Positions 1-9,070 of a stretch of 47,674 bases of DNA are shown here, one piece after another. Made by a program: the position numbers and the translations under genes. Source of the DNA: a virus; IMG/VR virus record IMGVR_UViG_3300037589_000077, positions 1-47,674 of that record. One strand, given 5' to 3'. The stretch's first letter is position 1. Each line of letters begins with the position of its first letter. The notes beneath the pieces are model-generated. The model did no database searches. It was given only the letters and a program-made list of their open reading frames with translations, and was not told the origin of the DNA.

Positions 1-127
1 AACCCGTGGGTGAGGCGCGCGACTACGCCGACCAGTTCGACGACGTCGTGGGCGTCATCGACGGGGCCGCCGGCGGGTTCGCCCGCGTGGGCGTCGACGG
101 CATCGGCGAGGGCAAGCAGCTCGGCCA
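1..127. repeat. 127-bp terminal direct repeat, identical to 47548..47674 (circularisation overlap)
   Basis: Base-by-base comparison of the first and last 127 nt shows identity. The reading frame of the 6..446 ORF is continuous with the open frame that runs off the 3' end. Confidence 0.95.
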
Positions 128-446
128 GGACCTGCGGCGCCGGTACGGCTCATCGGTCGTCGAGCTCGTCACCAACGCCCGAGACGTCCACGCCAGGATC
201 CCCGAGGTGAGGCTCGGGATGGAGCGCGGGACGTTCAGGTTCGCCGCCGACGCGCGCATGGCGCGCGCGTTCACGAAGATCAGCAAGGAGGTCGGCACCG
301 CCGGCCACACCCGCTTCGACGCCAGGCGCGACGCCGACGGCCACGCCGACGAGTTCTCCGCGCTGCTGCACGCGTACCACGCGCTCATCCCGACGCCTGA
401 TGACACCAGGCCCCGTGACTTCAGACCGATCCCGATGATCCGCTGA
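1..446 (+). CDS. terL: terminase large subunit, C-terminal part (continuation of 46665..47674 across the circular junction; 1..127 duplicates 47548..47674)
   Basis: Position 6 corresponds to 47553, which is in frame with the ATG at 46665. The joined ORF (46665..47547 + 1..446) is 1329 nt, 442 aa plus stop. Stop at 444..446. Confidence 0.85.
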   Translation, partial: PVGEARDYADQFDDVVGVIDGAAGGFARVGVDGIGEGKQLGQDLRRRYGSSVVELVTNARDVHARIPEVRLGMERGTFRFAADARMARAFTKISKEVGTAGHTRFDARRDADGHADEFSALLHAYHALIPTPDDTRPRDFRPIPMIR

Positions 447-465
447 ACCCCCTCAAGAGGTTCCC

Positions 466-1860
466 TTGGCCCTGCCCGTCCACCCACTCGTGAGCGCGAA
501 CGAGGCCGCGTGGCGTGAGTACCGCCTGGCCTACGAGGGTGGCAGGCCCTACATCGACCGCTACCTCTTCCAGCACGACAAGGAGCGCACCAAGGACTAC
601 AAGGTGCGCGTGCGGCGCGCCGTGTACCCGAACCACGTCGGCGCGGTCGTGGACACCTACGCCGCGCACCTGTACCGCGAGCAGATCGCCAGGCAGGCTG
701 ACAGCGACACGCTCGTGGAAATGTGGGCGGACATGGACATGCTGGGCACGCCCGCCGACGAGTTCTACGAGCAGGTCGCGCAGGCCGTCCAGGTCGGCGG
801 CCGGTGCGCCGTGGTTGTCGACCGTTGGGACGGCGAGTCCGATTCACCCATCCTCACGCGCGCCCAGGAGCAGCGCGCCGGGCGTCGCCCCTACGCCTAC
901 CTTGTGGGCAACGAGGACCTCATCGACTGGGAGGTCGACCGGCGCGGACGCCTGCTCTGGGTGGCCGTGAGGGAGTGGCACACGGGCGAGCGCGAGCCGG
1001 GGTCTCCCCATCAGGCGTCCGTCGAGCACATGAGGGTGTGGCGGCGTGACCGCTGGGAGCTGTGGGTCGAGCAGGTCGACGAGGACGGCAACGGCGAGGT
1101 CGTCAAGATCGACGAGCAGGAGCACCCGGTGGGTGAGGTGCCCGTGACGTTGTTCTTCTGGGGCCGACGCCAGGGCGAGCAACCCGTGGCGACCTCGGCG
1201 CTTCGCGACCTCGCGCCGATGAACCGGCGCTTGTTCAACCACATCAGCCTGATCGACGAGCAGATCTACCAGTACGTATTCTCGATCCTGGTGATGCCGA
1301 CGTCGACCTGGGACGTCGTCAAGAACGTGAACTGGTCGGTCTCGGGCGGGATCCCCGTCAAGGACGACGCCAGGATTGCGCCCCACTACATCGCGCCCAA
1401 GGTCGACCAGCTCGCCGCGATCCGTTCGGAAGTGACCAAGACCGAGGAGAAGATCCGCCAGCTCTCGGGCCTGGGACGGGTGAACGAGGAGAACAAGTCG
1501 GTGCAGACGGGCATCGCGTTGTCCTACCTCACGCTCGACAAGGACGCCTTGTTGACCAAATTCGGCGGCCGCATGGCGCGCGGCGAAACCTCGATCGACC
1601 GGCACGCGCAAGCGTGGATGGGCCAGGCGCCGTCTGAGGTCTCACGCGACTACCCGACCTCGTTCGACCCCTTGGACTTACAGGACGAGCTCAACAACGC
1701 CCTCAAGCTCATCTCGATGGGCGTGCAGGGCGAGGCGCTCGTGGAGACCGTCTCCCAGGCGCTTCGCTCCTGGCTCGGACCCAAGCTCTCGGCGACCGAA
1801 CTCGACCGCGTGCTCGCCGACCTTCGCACCCGACTCGACACCGGGGGTGCGCCGCTCTAG
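466..1860 (+). CDS. portal protein (candidate)
   Basis: 464-aa ORF with a TTG start 5 nt after AAGAGG. It lies immediately after terL and before the scaffold and capsid genes. Size and position are typical of a portal; I have no motif-level proof. Confidence 0.65.
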   Translation: MALPVHPLVSANEAAWREYRLAYEGGRPYIDRYLFQHDKERTKDYKVRVRRAVYPNHVGAVVDTYAAHLYREQIARQADSDTLVEMWADMDMLGTPADEFYEQVAQAVQVGGRCAVVVDRWDGESDSPILTRAQEQRAGRRPYAYLVGNEDLIDWEVDRRGRLLWVAVREWHTGEREPGSPHQASVEHMRVWRRDRWELWVEQVDEDGNGEVVKIDEQEHPVGEVPVTLFFWGRRQGEQPVATSALRDLAPMNRRLFNHISLIDEQIYQYVFSILVMPTSTWDVVKNVNWSVSGGIPVKDDARIAPHYIAPKVDQLAAIRSEVTKTEEKIRQLSGLGRVNEENKSVQTGIALSYLTLDKDALLTKFGGRMARGETSIDRHAQAWMGQAPSEVSRDYPTSFDPLDLQDELNNALKLISMGVQGEALVETVSQALRSWLGPKLSATELDRVLADLRTRLDTGGAPL

Positions 1861-1979
1861 GCGGCGCTCATCCCCTTCTTCCCCGCGGCACCACTCCGGG
1901 CCGCATGGGGCTCACACACCACTCGCCTCCCCCACATGCCGGGGCGAGTGGTCGACCTGTTGCTACACGGAGGCACGGC

Positions 1980-2870
1980 ATGGCGAACAGGAAGACGACG
2001 ACGCCGGAGCGCATGGTGCGCTCCACCTCACACGACTTCGACCCGCGGCGCGTGCTCACTGGGCTCCCCGGCCTGGCGTTCGCGTTCCACGAGGAGCCTC
2101 CCGGTGGTGGTGGTGGCGGTGGCGCTACACCACCTGCCGACCCGCCCGCCGATCCTCCCGAGGGTGGTGGCGGCGGAGGTGAGAGGATGATCCCGCAGTC
2201 GCGGGTCAACGAGATCACCGAGGAGCGCCTGGCGCGTGAGCGACGCCAGTCGCGCGAGCGGCTCCAGCGCCTGGGGTACAACTCGCTCGACGAGCTCGAG
2301 GCCGCGCACGCCGAGCGCGTGCGCCAGGAGGAGGAGGCGAGGCGTCAGGAGCAGGAGGCCACCGCGCAGCGGCTTCGCAGCCAGGGGAACCTCGAGGAGG
2401 CCGTGGCGCACGAGCAACGCCTGGCGGCCGAGCGTGAGGAGACCCTGAGGAGGGAGCTCGAGCAAGAACGCACCGCGCGCGTCGAACTCGAGACGAACAC
2501 GAAGCGTGCGAGGGAGCGCGGCGCGCTCATCGAGGCAGCCAACGCCGCGGGCGCGGTGAACGTCGACCAGGTCGCCACGCTGCTCTCGGGGCGCGTGTCG
2601 AGCGGTGACGACGGGCGCGTGTACGTGCTCGACGAGCAGGGTCAGCGCATGACCGATGGTGCGGGCGCGGACCTCGAGGTCTCGACGTTCGTGAGGTCGT
2701 GGGTCGCGATGAACCCACACTTCCAGCCGGCCGCGGGCGGCACGGGCGCCCAGTCGAGAGGAGGGGGGCAGCCGCCCCCCGAGGGCATCGACGAGAGCAA
2801 GCTCTCGGACGTCGCCTACGTGCGTAAGCACAGCGCCGAGCTCAAGAGGCGCGCCAGAAACAACCAGTGA
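1980..2870 (+). CDS. capsid scaffolding protein (candidate)
   Basis: ATG at 1980, 6 nt after GGAGG. Long charged E/R/A-rich coiled-coil segment (ERLARERRQSRERLQ...EQERTARVELETN). Gly/Pro low-complexity N-terminus. Located directly upstream of the major capsid gene. Confidence 0.6.
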   Translation: MANRKTTTPERMVRSTSHDFDPRRVLTGLPGLAFAFHEEPPGGGGGGGATPPADPPADPPEGGGGGGERMIPQSRVNEITEERLARERRQSRERLQRLGYNSLDELEAAHAERVRQEEEARRQEQEATAQRLRSQGNLEEAVAHEQRLAAEREETLRRELEQERTARVELETNTKRARERGALIEAANAAGAVNVDQVATLLSGRVSSGDDGRVYVLDEQGQRMTDGAGADLEVSTFVRSWVAMNPHFQPAAGGTGAQSRGGGQPPPEGIDESKLSDVAYVRKHSAELKRRARNNQ

Positions 2871-2961
2871 ATCCGCCTGTGGTGCCCCCGTCGTGGGGGT
2901 GGCGCAAGGGAACACCCCCGAAAACCCACCAAGTACACCCCCAAACGAAAGGAGCCTGAAA

Positions 2962-3861
2962 ATGGGCATCGTTTCCACGGCGGACGCCGCCGAAGCCATC
3001 CCCGAAGTCCTCATGGTCGAGGTGCTCGACTACCTGCGCGACCGTCTCGTGCTCGCCAACCTCGTGCGCCGCGACGTGCGCGAGGAGCCGAGCAAGAAGG
3101 GTGCGACGATCTCGGTCGTCAAGCTCGGGGACCTGAGCGTGCAGGACAAGGGCGAGAAGTCGAACATCACCTTCGAGGCCCCAGAGAACACGTCGGTGGA
3201 CCTGAACCTGAACCAGCACAAGGTCGTGGGCTGGGCGGTCGAGTCACGCGCCAGGGCCGTGGCGATCGACGAGGCGCTCGACTACGGCAAGCAGGCGATC
3301 AACCGCCTGGCGACCTCGATCGAGGACGTGCTCGCGGGGACCTACGTCGACGCGACGACCGAGGTGGGCGCCGGGAACACCGCGATCACGCCGGGGACCC
3401 TCCTCGACGCCTGGGAGGCCCTCCAGACGAACAACGTCCCTGACGACGACGGCAGGTTCGCGTGCATCCACACCAAGGATGGCAAGAACCTCCTGGACAC
3501 CGACAAGCTCACCAAGGTCAACGAGTCCGGTGACAATGGGGACGCGTTGCGGCGCGCCGAGATCGGCATGATCTACGGCATGGAGGTCTACACGAGCAAC
3601 CGCATCATCGAGACCCCCGGGCCCGTCAAGCACAACCTCGCCGGGCACCGTGACGGCATCGTGCTCGGCATGCGCCCGCTCGAGCTGCCGCCCGAGCGCG
3701 CCGGCGTCGTCGCCCGCGTCATCACCGACGAGGAGACCGGCCTGGCGTTCCGCATGATCGCGTCGTACGGCCACGGGTCGCTCGGCATGCAGTACTCCCT
3801 CGACGTCCTCTTCGGCGCCAAGATGATCGACGACCGCCTGATGGTCGAGATCCTGAGCTGA
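2962..3861 (+). CDS. major capsid protein
   Basis: ATG at 2962 preceded by AAAGGAG. 299-aa product with the composition and length of HK97-fold coat proteins. Follows the scaffold and is followed by two GC hairpins. Confidence 0.8.
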   Translation: MGIVSTADAAEAIPEVLMVEVLDYLRDRLVLANLVRRDVREEPSKKGATISVVKLGDLSVQDKGEKSNITFEAPENTSVDLNLNQHKVVGWAVESRARAVAIDEALDYGKQAINRLATSIEDVLAGTYVDATTEVGAGNTAITPGTLLDAWEALQTNNVPDDDGRFACIHTKDGKNLLDTDKLTKVNESGDNGDALRRAEIGMIYGMEVYTSNRIIETPGPVKHNLAGHRDGIVLGMRPLELPPERAGVVARVITDEETGLAFRMIASYGHGSLGMQYSLDVLFGAKMIDDRLMVEILS

Positions 3862-3870
3862 CCGCTCGCC

Positions 3871-3913
3871 GGCGGCGCACCACGCCGCCACGCCCACCCC
3901 GGGCGCACCGGGG
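3871..3913 (+). terminator. two GC-rich hairpins just after the capsid gene (GGCGGCG-cacca-CGCCGCC at 3871..3889; CCCCGG-gcgca-CCGGGG at 3897..3913)
   Basis: Perfect 7-bp and 6-bp stems read directly from the sequence. No U-tract follows, so attenuator, terminator or stabiliser function is uncertain. Confidence 0.25.
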
Positions 3914-3961
3914 CGACGTCCACCACACACAACGCCCTCACCTTCCAGGAAGGAGCCGCAC

Positions 3962-4369
3962 ATGTCGCTCGAGAACCTCCACGCCGCCGAGCTGCGCCGG
4001 CGCGCGCCCGCGCACGCCACCGCGCTGAGCGCGGCCCAGGCCACCACCAACGACTTCGCCATCATCCCCGAGTCCGTGCTCTCGTGCACGGGGCACAACT
4101 CGGTGGGCTACTACCTCACCAACGCCGACGCCTCCAACGTCGCGGCCGCCAAGATCGTGGGGCGCTACCGCGACTCGGCCGGTGCCATGGGCGCGTGGAT
4201 CGATGCGGCCGGCGCCTCGGCCGCCGGCGACGTCCCGGCCTCGGGTGGCGTCGCGCTCGAGCCCAGCGCGCTGCCCTTCGACGAGGTCGCGCTGATGGTC
4301 GAGTCCAAGGTCGACGACTCCCACGCCTCGATCGACTCGATCTTCGGCACCTCGAAGTGGGTCGGCTGA
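3962..4369 (+). CDS. hypothetical head-module protein (possible decoration or accessory protein)
   Basis: ATG 6 nt after GGAAGGAG. 135 aa, Ala/Gly/Ser-rich. Position immediately after the capsid gene. Confidence 0.5.
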   Translation: MSLENLHAAELRRRAPAHATALSAAQATTNDFAIIPESVLSCTGHNSVGYYLTNADASNVAAAKIVGRYRDSAGAMGAWIDAAGASAAGDVPASGGVALEPSALPFDEVALMVESKVDDSHASIDSIFGTSKWVG

Positions 4370-4472
4370 CCGACGACCTGACCCGCCTTGAGCGCACGCT
4401 CAAGGCGGGTCACCACCACCCGCACACCACCCCCGACGAATCCCCACCACCCCACAGACAAGGGAGCACACC

Positions 4473-4844
4473 ATGCTCATCAAGAACGCCGCTGGCCGCG
4501 TCGTCGCCGTCGACTCCAGGCGCGCCAAGGTCCTGCTGCGCGAGGGCTACACGCCCGCGACCGCGGAGGAGGCGCGCGCCTGGCAGATCAAGAACACGCG
4601 CCAGGGCCGCGCGCAGGCCAACGCGACCAACGCCGTGGCCTCGCGCCCGAGCGCGTCGACGCCCGAGCCCGAGCCCGAGCGCGCGCCTGAGCCGCCGCCC
4701 GAGGAGTTCACGGAGGAGTCGCTCCGCGCGTACACCAAGGCCGAGCTCGTCGAGCTCGCCGCGGACCGCTACTCGCTCGAGCTCGACGCCGACGACCTCA
4801 AGGCCACGCTCATCGAGGCGATCCTCGAGGCCGCGGGCGCCTGA
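4473..4844 (+). CDS. hypothetical protein with a Pro/Glu linker and a C-terminal SAP/Rho-N-like helix-extended-helix motif
   Basis: ATG preceded by AAGGGAG. C-terminus reads YTKAELVELAADRYSLELDADDLKATLIEAILEA. Confidence 0.55.
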   Translation: MLIKNAAGRVVAVDSRRAKVLLREGYTPATAEEARAWQIKNTRQGRAQANATNAVASRPSASTPEPEPERAPEPPPEEFTEESLRAYTKAELVELAADRYSLELDADDLKATLIEAILEAAGA

Positions 4845-4876
4845 ACCGACCCCACGCGAGATGAGGCGACCTGGTC

Positions 4877-5683
4877 GTGTCCCTGCTCGACGACATCAGC
4901 CGCGCGCTGTTCGAGCGGCTCGACGAGCGCCAGGACGCCGAGGTCGCCTCGCTCAACGACGCCTACCTCGCCGCGCTCGAGCGCACGATCGACCGGGCGC
5001 GCCAGGGCATCCCGCGCGACGCCGACGGTCGGCTCGTGCCCGACCCGCTCGCGCTCGCCCAGCTGCGCACCTCGTTCCAGCGCTTCGGCGATGGCGCCGG
5101 CGCCTCGCTGCTGCTCGAGGAGCACGCCGGGCGCGTGGCGCTCTCGCTCGAGCACATGGCCGACGTCGTCGAGGCGGGGTACGCGCGGCTCGGAGAGGAC
5201 CCGCTCGCAGGCGACGCGCTCGCGCTCTCGGCGCTCGCGCGTGCGACCTGGCTCGACCGGGTCGGCGAGCTCGGGCGCTACCATCACGCGCTGCTGCGCG
5301 ACGCGGTGATGCGCCAGGCGCTCGGGCGCGCCGACGAGGCCTCGCTGACCCGGGAGCTCCGGCAGCTCTCGGACCGGGCGCGAGGGCAGACCGACAGGCT
5401 CCACCACGACGCGCTGATCGGCTACAGCCGGCAGGTCGTCACCGAGCGGGCCGAGGCGCTGGGTTTCGAGTACTTCGAGTACTTCGGACCCGTGGACACC
5501 GTGACGCGCGGCTTCTGTCGGAGTCGCGCGGGCCGGGTCTACACGCGCGAGGAGATCGACCGGATGGACAACGGGCAGACGCCCGATGTCATGCAGACGG
5601 GGGGTGGATTTCGCTGCCGGCACCACTTCAGACCCGTTCGGGTTGAGTGGTTCAGTGAAGATGAATGGCGAGCGCTTCGATGA
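4877..5683 (+). CDS. head morphogenesis / minor capsid protein (Mu F / SPP1 gp7-like)
   Basis: C-terminal signature GPVDTVTRGFCRSRAGRVYTREEID...GGGFRCRHHFRPV, typical of the Mu F family. GTG start. Confidence 0.7.
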   Translation: MSLLDDISRALFERLDERQDAEVASLNDAYLAALERTIDRARQGIPRDADGRLVPDPLALAQLRTSFQRFGDGAGASLLLEEHAGRVALSLEHMADVVEAGYARLGEDPLAGDALALSALARATWLDRVGELGRYHHALLRDAVMRQALGRADEASLTRELRQLSDRARGQTDRLHHDALIGYSRQVVTERAEALGFEYFEYFGPVDTVTRGFCRSRAGRVYTREEIDRMDNGQTPDVMQTGGGFRCRHHFRPVRVEWFSEDEWRALR

Positions 5684-6378
5684 CCTACTCCAACGACACC
5701 CACCTGGCCGAAGAGGACACCTCCCTCTTCGAGCGCGTGCGGCGTGCGCTCCCCCGCAAGCACGAGCGCGCCGCCGAGGACCTGGTGCGCGACCTCCGCC
5801 GCCACGGCTACCTCGAGTGCCCCGACGACGCCATCGTCGACGCGAGCGCCCACGCCACCGTCACGCTGACGTTCACCGCGCCCGAGGGCACGGCCATCCC
5901 CGCCGGCACGCTCGTACGCGTGGGCGACCCGGACGCGTGCCCCGAGTACGGCGCCGTGGTGTTCGCCACCGACGCCGAGGCCACGGTGGGCGTGGGCGAG
6001 GCCACGGTGGATGTCGCAGCCACGGCCGTGACCTCGGGGCGCCCCGGGAACGTCGCCGCCGGCGAGCTCGCGTACCTCGTCGCCGACGTCACCGGCGTCA
6101 CGGCGGTCACGAACGCCCAGGCCGCCACCGGAGGCGCAGACCACCAGCTCACGCGCGCGGCGGTCTATCGGGTCATGGAGCTCGCGATGATGGACCTCGT
6201 GCGTGAGCGCGACGATCCGTTCGACCACAAGCGCTCCCTCTACGCCAGGATGTACAAGCACGAGCTCGAGCGCGTGATGGCCGCCGGGCTCGACATCGAC
6301 CTCGACGGAGACGGCGAGGCGAGCCAGGGCGAGCGCGACGTCGCCGGCCACGGCTTCCACCGGTTCGGCCGCGGCTGA
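5665..6378 (+). CDS. structural protein carrying a Baseplate-J-like central motif, located in the head-completion module
   Basis: VTLTFTAPEGTAIPAGTLVRV...ATVDVAATAVTSGRPGNVAAGEL...VTGVTAVTNAQAATGGAD is colinear with the J-like protein at 16196..17425. Confidence 0.55.
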   Translation: MASASMTYSNDTHLAEEDTSLFERVRRALPRKHERAAEDLVRDLRRHGYLECPDDAIVDASAHATVTLTFTAPEGTAIPAGTLVRVGDPDACPEYGAVVFATDAEATVGVGEATVDVAATAVTSGRPGNVAAGELAYLVADVTGVTAVTNAQAATGGADHQLTRAAVYRVMELAMMDLVRERDDPFDHKRSLYARMYKHELERVMAAGLDIDLDGDGEASQGERDVAGHGFHRFGRG

Positions 6379-6396
6379 CCCTACAGACACGACGAC

Positions 6397-6846
6397 ATGA
6401 ACGAGCAGCTCGACACCAGCGACCTCGACGCGGTGCTCGACGGGATCCTTGCGCGCATCGAGCCGACCGAGGCCGAGCTCGGGGAGGCGGGCGCCTTCAT
6501 TCTGCGGCGCATCCTCGCCAGGGCGCGCCGGGGCGTCGACGTCTACGGCAACCCGTTCGACGCCTACGCGCGCGCCACGGTCCGATCGCGCTCACGCCGC
6601 GGGCGACGCACCGACAGGGTCACGCTGTCCGACACCGGCAGGATGATGGCGAGTGCGACCTGGCGCGCCTCGCCCGACGAGGTCCTGCTCTACTTCGCCA
6701 GCCGCACCGAGGGCCGCAAGGCCGGCTTCCACAACGAGGGCACGCGCCACATGCCGCGGCGTGAGTTCTTCGCAGCGTCCGAGGACGATCTCGCGCGCGC
6801 CGGCGAGGTCGTCGCCGACCGCATCGCCCGGCGCCTCGACGCCTAA
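6397..6846 (+). CDS. head-tail joining / tail completion protein (HK97 gp10 or virion-morphogenesis-like)
   Basis: 149 aa. Motif FHNEGTRHMPRREFF near the C-terminus. Position between the head and tail modules. Confidence 0.55.
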   Translation: MNEQLDTSDLDAVLDGILARIEPTEAELGEAGAFILRRILARARRGVDVYGNPFDAYARATVRSRSRRGRRTDRVTLSDTGRMMASATWRASPDEVLLYFASRTEGRKAGFHNEGTRHMPRREFFAASEDDLARAGEVVADRIARRLDA

Positions 6847-6860
6847 AGCACACAGAAGAC

Positions 6861-7478
6861 ATGGCCACGCCCACCCCCGACGAGAACACCTGCCGCGAGC
6901 AGATGCTCGAGGCGCTCGCGCTCGTGCTGCGCGGGATCCCGGGCGTCAAGCTCGTGGACCGCCAGGCGATCACCGGGCAGATGGTCTCCGAGCCCGAGCT
7001 CCACGCCATCCTCATCGAGGAGGTCGAGACCAGGTACTCCTGGCTCGAGCGCCACGGCCACCGGCTCATGCAGGTCTCCGACATCCTCGTGCTCGACGTC
7101 CAGGTCGTCGGCCGCAGGGGTGGGGGCCACAAGCGCCGCGGCGACGTCTCGACGGTGCGCGGCGCGCTCGTCGACGCCGTGATCGCCGAGCTCGCCGAGT
7201 ACGCCACCCTGAACGTCCAGCTCCCCGGAGAGGACGCTGCGCGCCCGCACGTGCGCGACCTGATGAGCCAGGAGCCGAGGGTGCGCTACGTGCCCACCGC
7301 GGGCGACTACGGCCGCGCGCTGATCACGATCCGCGCCGACCACCACACCGCCTACGACCGGCGCACGCGCACGGCCTGGCTCGCGCTGCTGACTGAACTC
7401 GACCTCAAACCCGACTACGAGCGAGGCGAAGGCGCCCCGCCCGAGACCATCACGACCACCATCGACGACGAGGACTGA
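6861..7478 (+). CDS. hypothetical neck / tail-terminator candidate
   Basis: 205-aa ORF immediately upstream of the sheath gene. Positional inference only. Confidence 0.45.
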   Translation: MATPTPDENTCREQMLEALALVLRGIPGVKLVDRQAITGQMVSEPELHAILIEEVETRYSWLERHGHRLMQVSDILVLDVQVVGRRGGGHKRRGDVSTVRGALVDAVIAELAEYATLNVQLPGEDAARPHVRDLMSQEPRVRYVPTAGDYGRALITIRADHHTAYDRRTRTAWLALLTELDLKPDYERGEGAPPETITTTIDDED

Positions 7479-7480
7479 CC

Positions 7481-9004
7481 ATGGGCAACCGTGTAGGCGC
7501 CTTCATCTCCCGCTCCACCCCCGGCCCGCTGGGCCTTGGCAACGACGCGGGCCCCGCGCTCAAGATCGCGCTGACCGCCGAGCGGGGACCCGTCAACGTC
7601 CCCCAGCTCATCACCTCGCTGTCGAACTTCCGGCGCGTCTTCGGTGAGGCGACCCCCACGAGCTCGGGCACCGAGTACTCCGAAGGCTTCGAGTTCTTGA
7701 AGGCGTACTTCTCCACCGGAGGGCGGCTGGCCTGGGTCACGCGCATCGTGGGCGCGAGCGCGACGGCCTCGAGCGTCACGCTCGCCGACCGCGCCGGCAG
7801 CCCGGAGGACACGCTCAAGGTCGACTTCAAGGGCCCGGGCGCCTGGGCCGACGGCTTCGACGTCGTGATCGCGGCCGGGACCCGGACGAATACCTTCAAG
7901 CTCACCCTGCTCGACGACGTCGACGACGTGCTCGAGACCTGGGACAACCTCAAGATGGACGACGCGAGCATCGCGCGCGTGAACGCCGGCTCGGTCTTCC
8001 TCGTGCTCACCGATCTGGCGAGCGCGACCGCCGCGCCCGACAACCGCCCCGCCGAGGGCACCACCACGATCGCGGTGGCCACGCACGGGGGCGCCGACGA
8101 CAACGCGCCGGCGGCCAGCGTCATCGTGGGCACGGACGTCTCCGGCGCGAAGACGGGGCTGAAGTCCTTTCGCGATCGGCGCTACGGCTACGGGTTCGGG
8201 GTCGCGCCCGGGCTCGACTCGGACGCCACGGTCAAGGCCGAGCTCATCGAGCAGGGCGAGAGCTTCTTCAACCTCGCGCCCTTCGCGGTCACTGCGGGGC
8301 AGGCGCCCGCGGCCGCGCTCACCGAGCGCGGGAACATCGACGCGTTCAACGCGCAGCTCTACTACCCGCGCCCCAAGGTCGTCGACGAGCTCACCGGCTC
8401 GCGCAAGGCCATCACGCCCGTGGGCCACATCCTCGGGCGCTACATCAAGGCGCTCGCCGAGGTCGGCCCCGGCAAGGTCGCTGGCGGCGCGGCCTTTGAC
8501 TTCCCCGGCGTGGTGGGCTGGGAGACACAGTCCAACGGCCAGCCCTTGATCGACGAGGCCGTCGCCGAGCTCCTGCTCGCCTCCAACGTCAACCCCATCT
8601 GGGACCGCGACGGCTCGGGGTACAGGCTGTGGGGCGCGCGGGCGGCGACCGACGAGGACGCCTGGAAGTTCATGCACGCCGGCGCCCTGTGGTGCCGCAT
8701 CGGCCACGCGATCAAGACCACGCTCGACGGGCTCGCGCTCGACCTGGCCGACGACCTGTTCTTCGCGCGCATCGAGGGCGGCATCTGGACCTACCTCGAC
8801 GACCTGTACGACCAGGGCGCGTTCTCGGGCAACCGACCCGTGCAGGGTCAGCCCGCCGACGTCGACGCCGACGCGTTCTTCGTCCAGTGCGACGCGAGCC
8901 TTCTGAGCGACGCCGACCGCGACAACGGGAACGTGCGCGTGAGCGCGTGGTTCCGCCCAGCGCTCGTCGCCGAGACCATCCTCGTCGACCTCGCCAAGTT
9001 CTGA
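7481..9004 (+). CDS. contractile tail sheath protein
   Basis: 507 aa. C-terminal signature NVNPIWDRDGSGYRLWGARAATDE and the overall pattern of phage sheath proteins. Followed by the tube gene. Confidence 0.9.
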   Translation: MGNRVGAFISRSTPGPLGLGNDAGPALKIALTAERGPVNVPQLITSLSNFRRVFGEATPTSSGTEYSEGFEFLKAYFSTGGRLAWVTRIVGASATASSVTLADRAGSPEDTLKVDFKGPGAWADGFDVVIAAGTRTNTFKLTLLDDVDDVLETWDNLKMDDASIARVNAGSVFLVLTDLASATAAPDNRPAEGTTTIAVATHGGADDNAPAASVIVGTDVSGAKTGLKSFRDRRYGYGFGVAPGLDSDATVKAELIEQGESFFNLAPFAVTAGQAPAAALTERGNIDAFNAQLYYPRPKVVDELTGSRKAITPVGHILGRYIKALAEVGPGKVAGGAAFDFPGVVGWETQSNGQPLIDEAVAELLLASNVNPIWDRDGSGYRLWGARAATDEDAWKFMHAGALWCRIGHAIKTTLDGLALDLADDLFFARIEGGIWTYLDDLYDQGAFSGNRPVQGQPADVDADAFFVQCDASLLSDADRDNGNVRVSAWFRPALVAETILVDLAKF

Positions 9005-9070
9005 CGCGCGCCGTGAGCGCGCCCACGACCCCCTCCACCCACCTCGACGACACCATCACCAGGAGCACCC

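Noticed and set aside
1919-1951. 9-bp inverted repeat CCACTCGCC-N15-GGCGAGTGG between the portal and scaffold genes.
   Set aside because: It is real in the sequence, but there is no U-tract, and it lies within a region that the longer scaffold ORF (from 1905) could also encode. Its function cannot be argued either way.
2095-2185. GGT/GGC-rich nucleotide repeats flanking CCGCCGA-type repeats in the scaffold gene 5' region (encoding GGGGGGG-ATPPADPPADPPE-GGGGGG).
   Set aside because: This is a low-complexity coding linker. Slippage-prone but unremarkable, with no evidence of a regulatory role.
4084-5646. Very long alternative-frame and antisense ORFs. Examples: 4084..5646 +, 9417..11579 -, 12238..13761 -, 12427..13902 + upstream part, 16154..17446 -, 29836..32265 +, 41982..43556 -, 43950..45275 -.
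   Set aside because: Their translations are dominated by Arg/Pro/Gly/Ala runs, which is typical of shadow ORFs in high-GC DNA. They overlap frames that carry recognisable phage protein motifs, RBSs and coupled starts.
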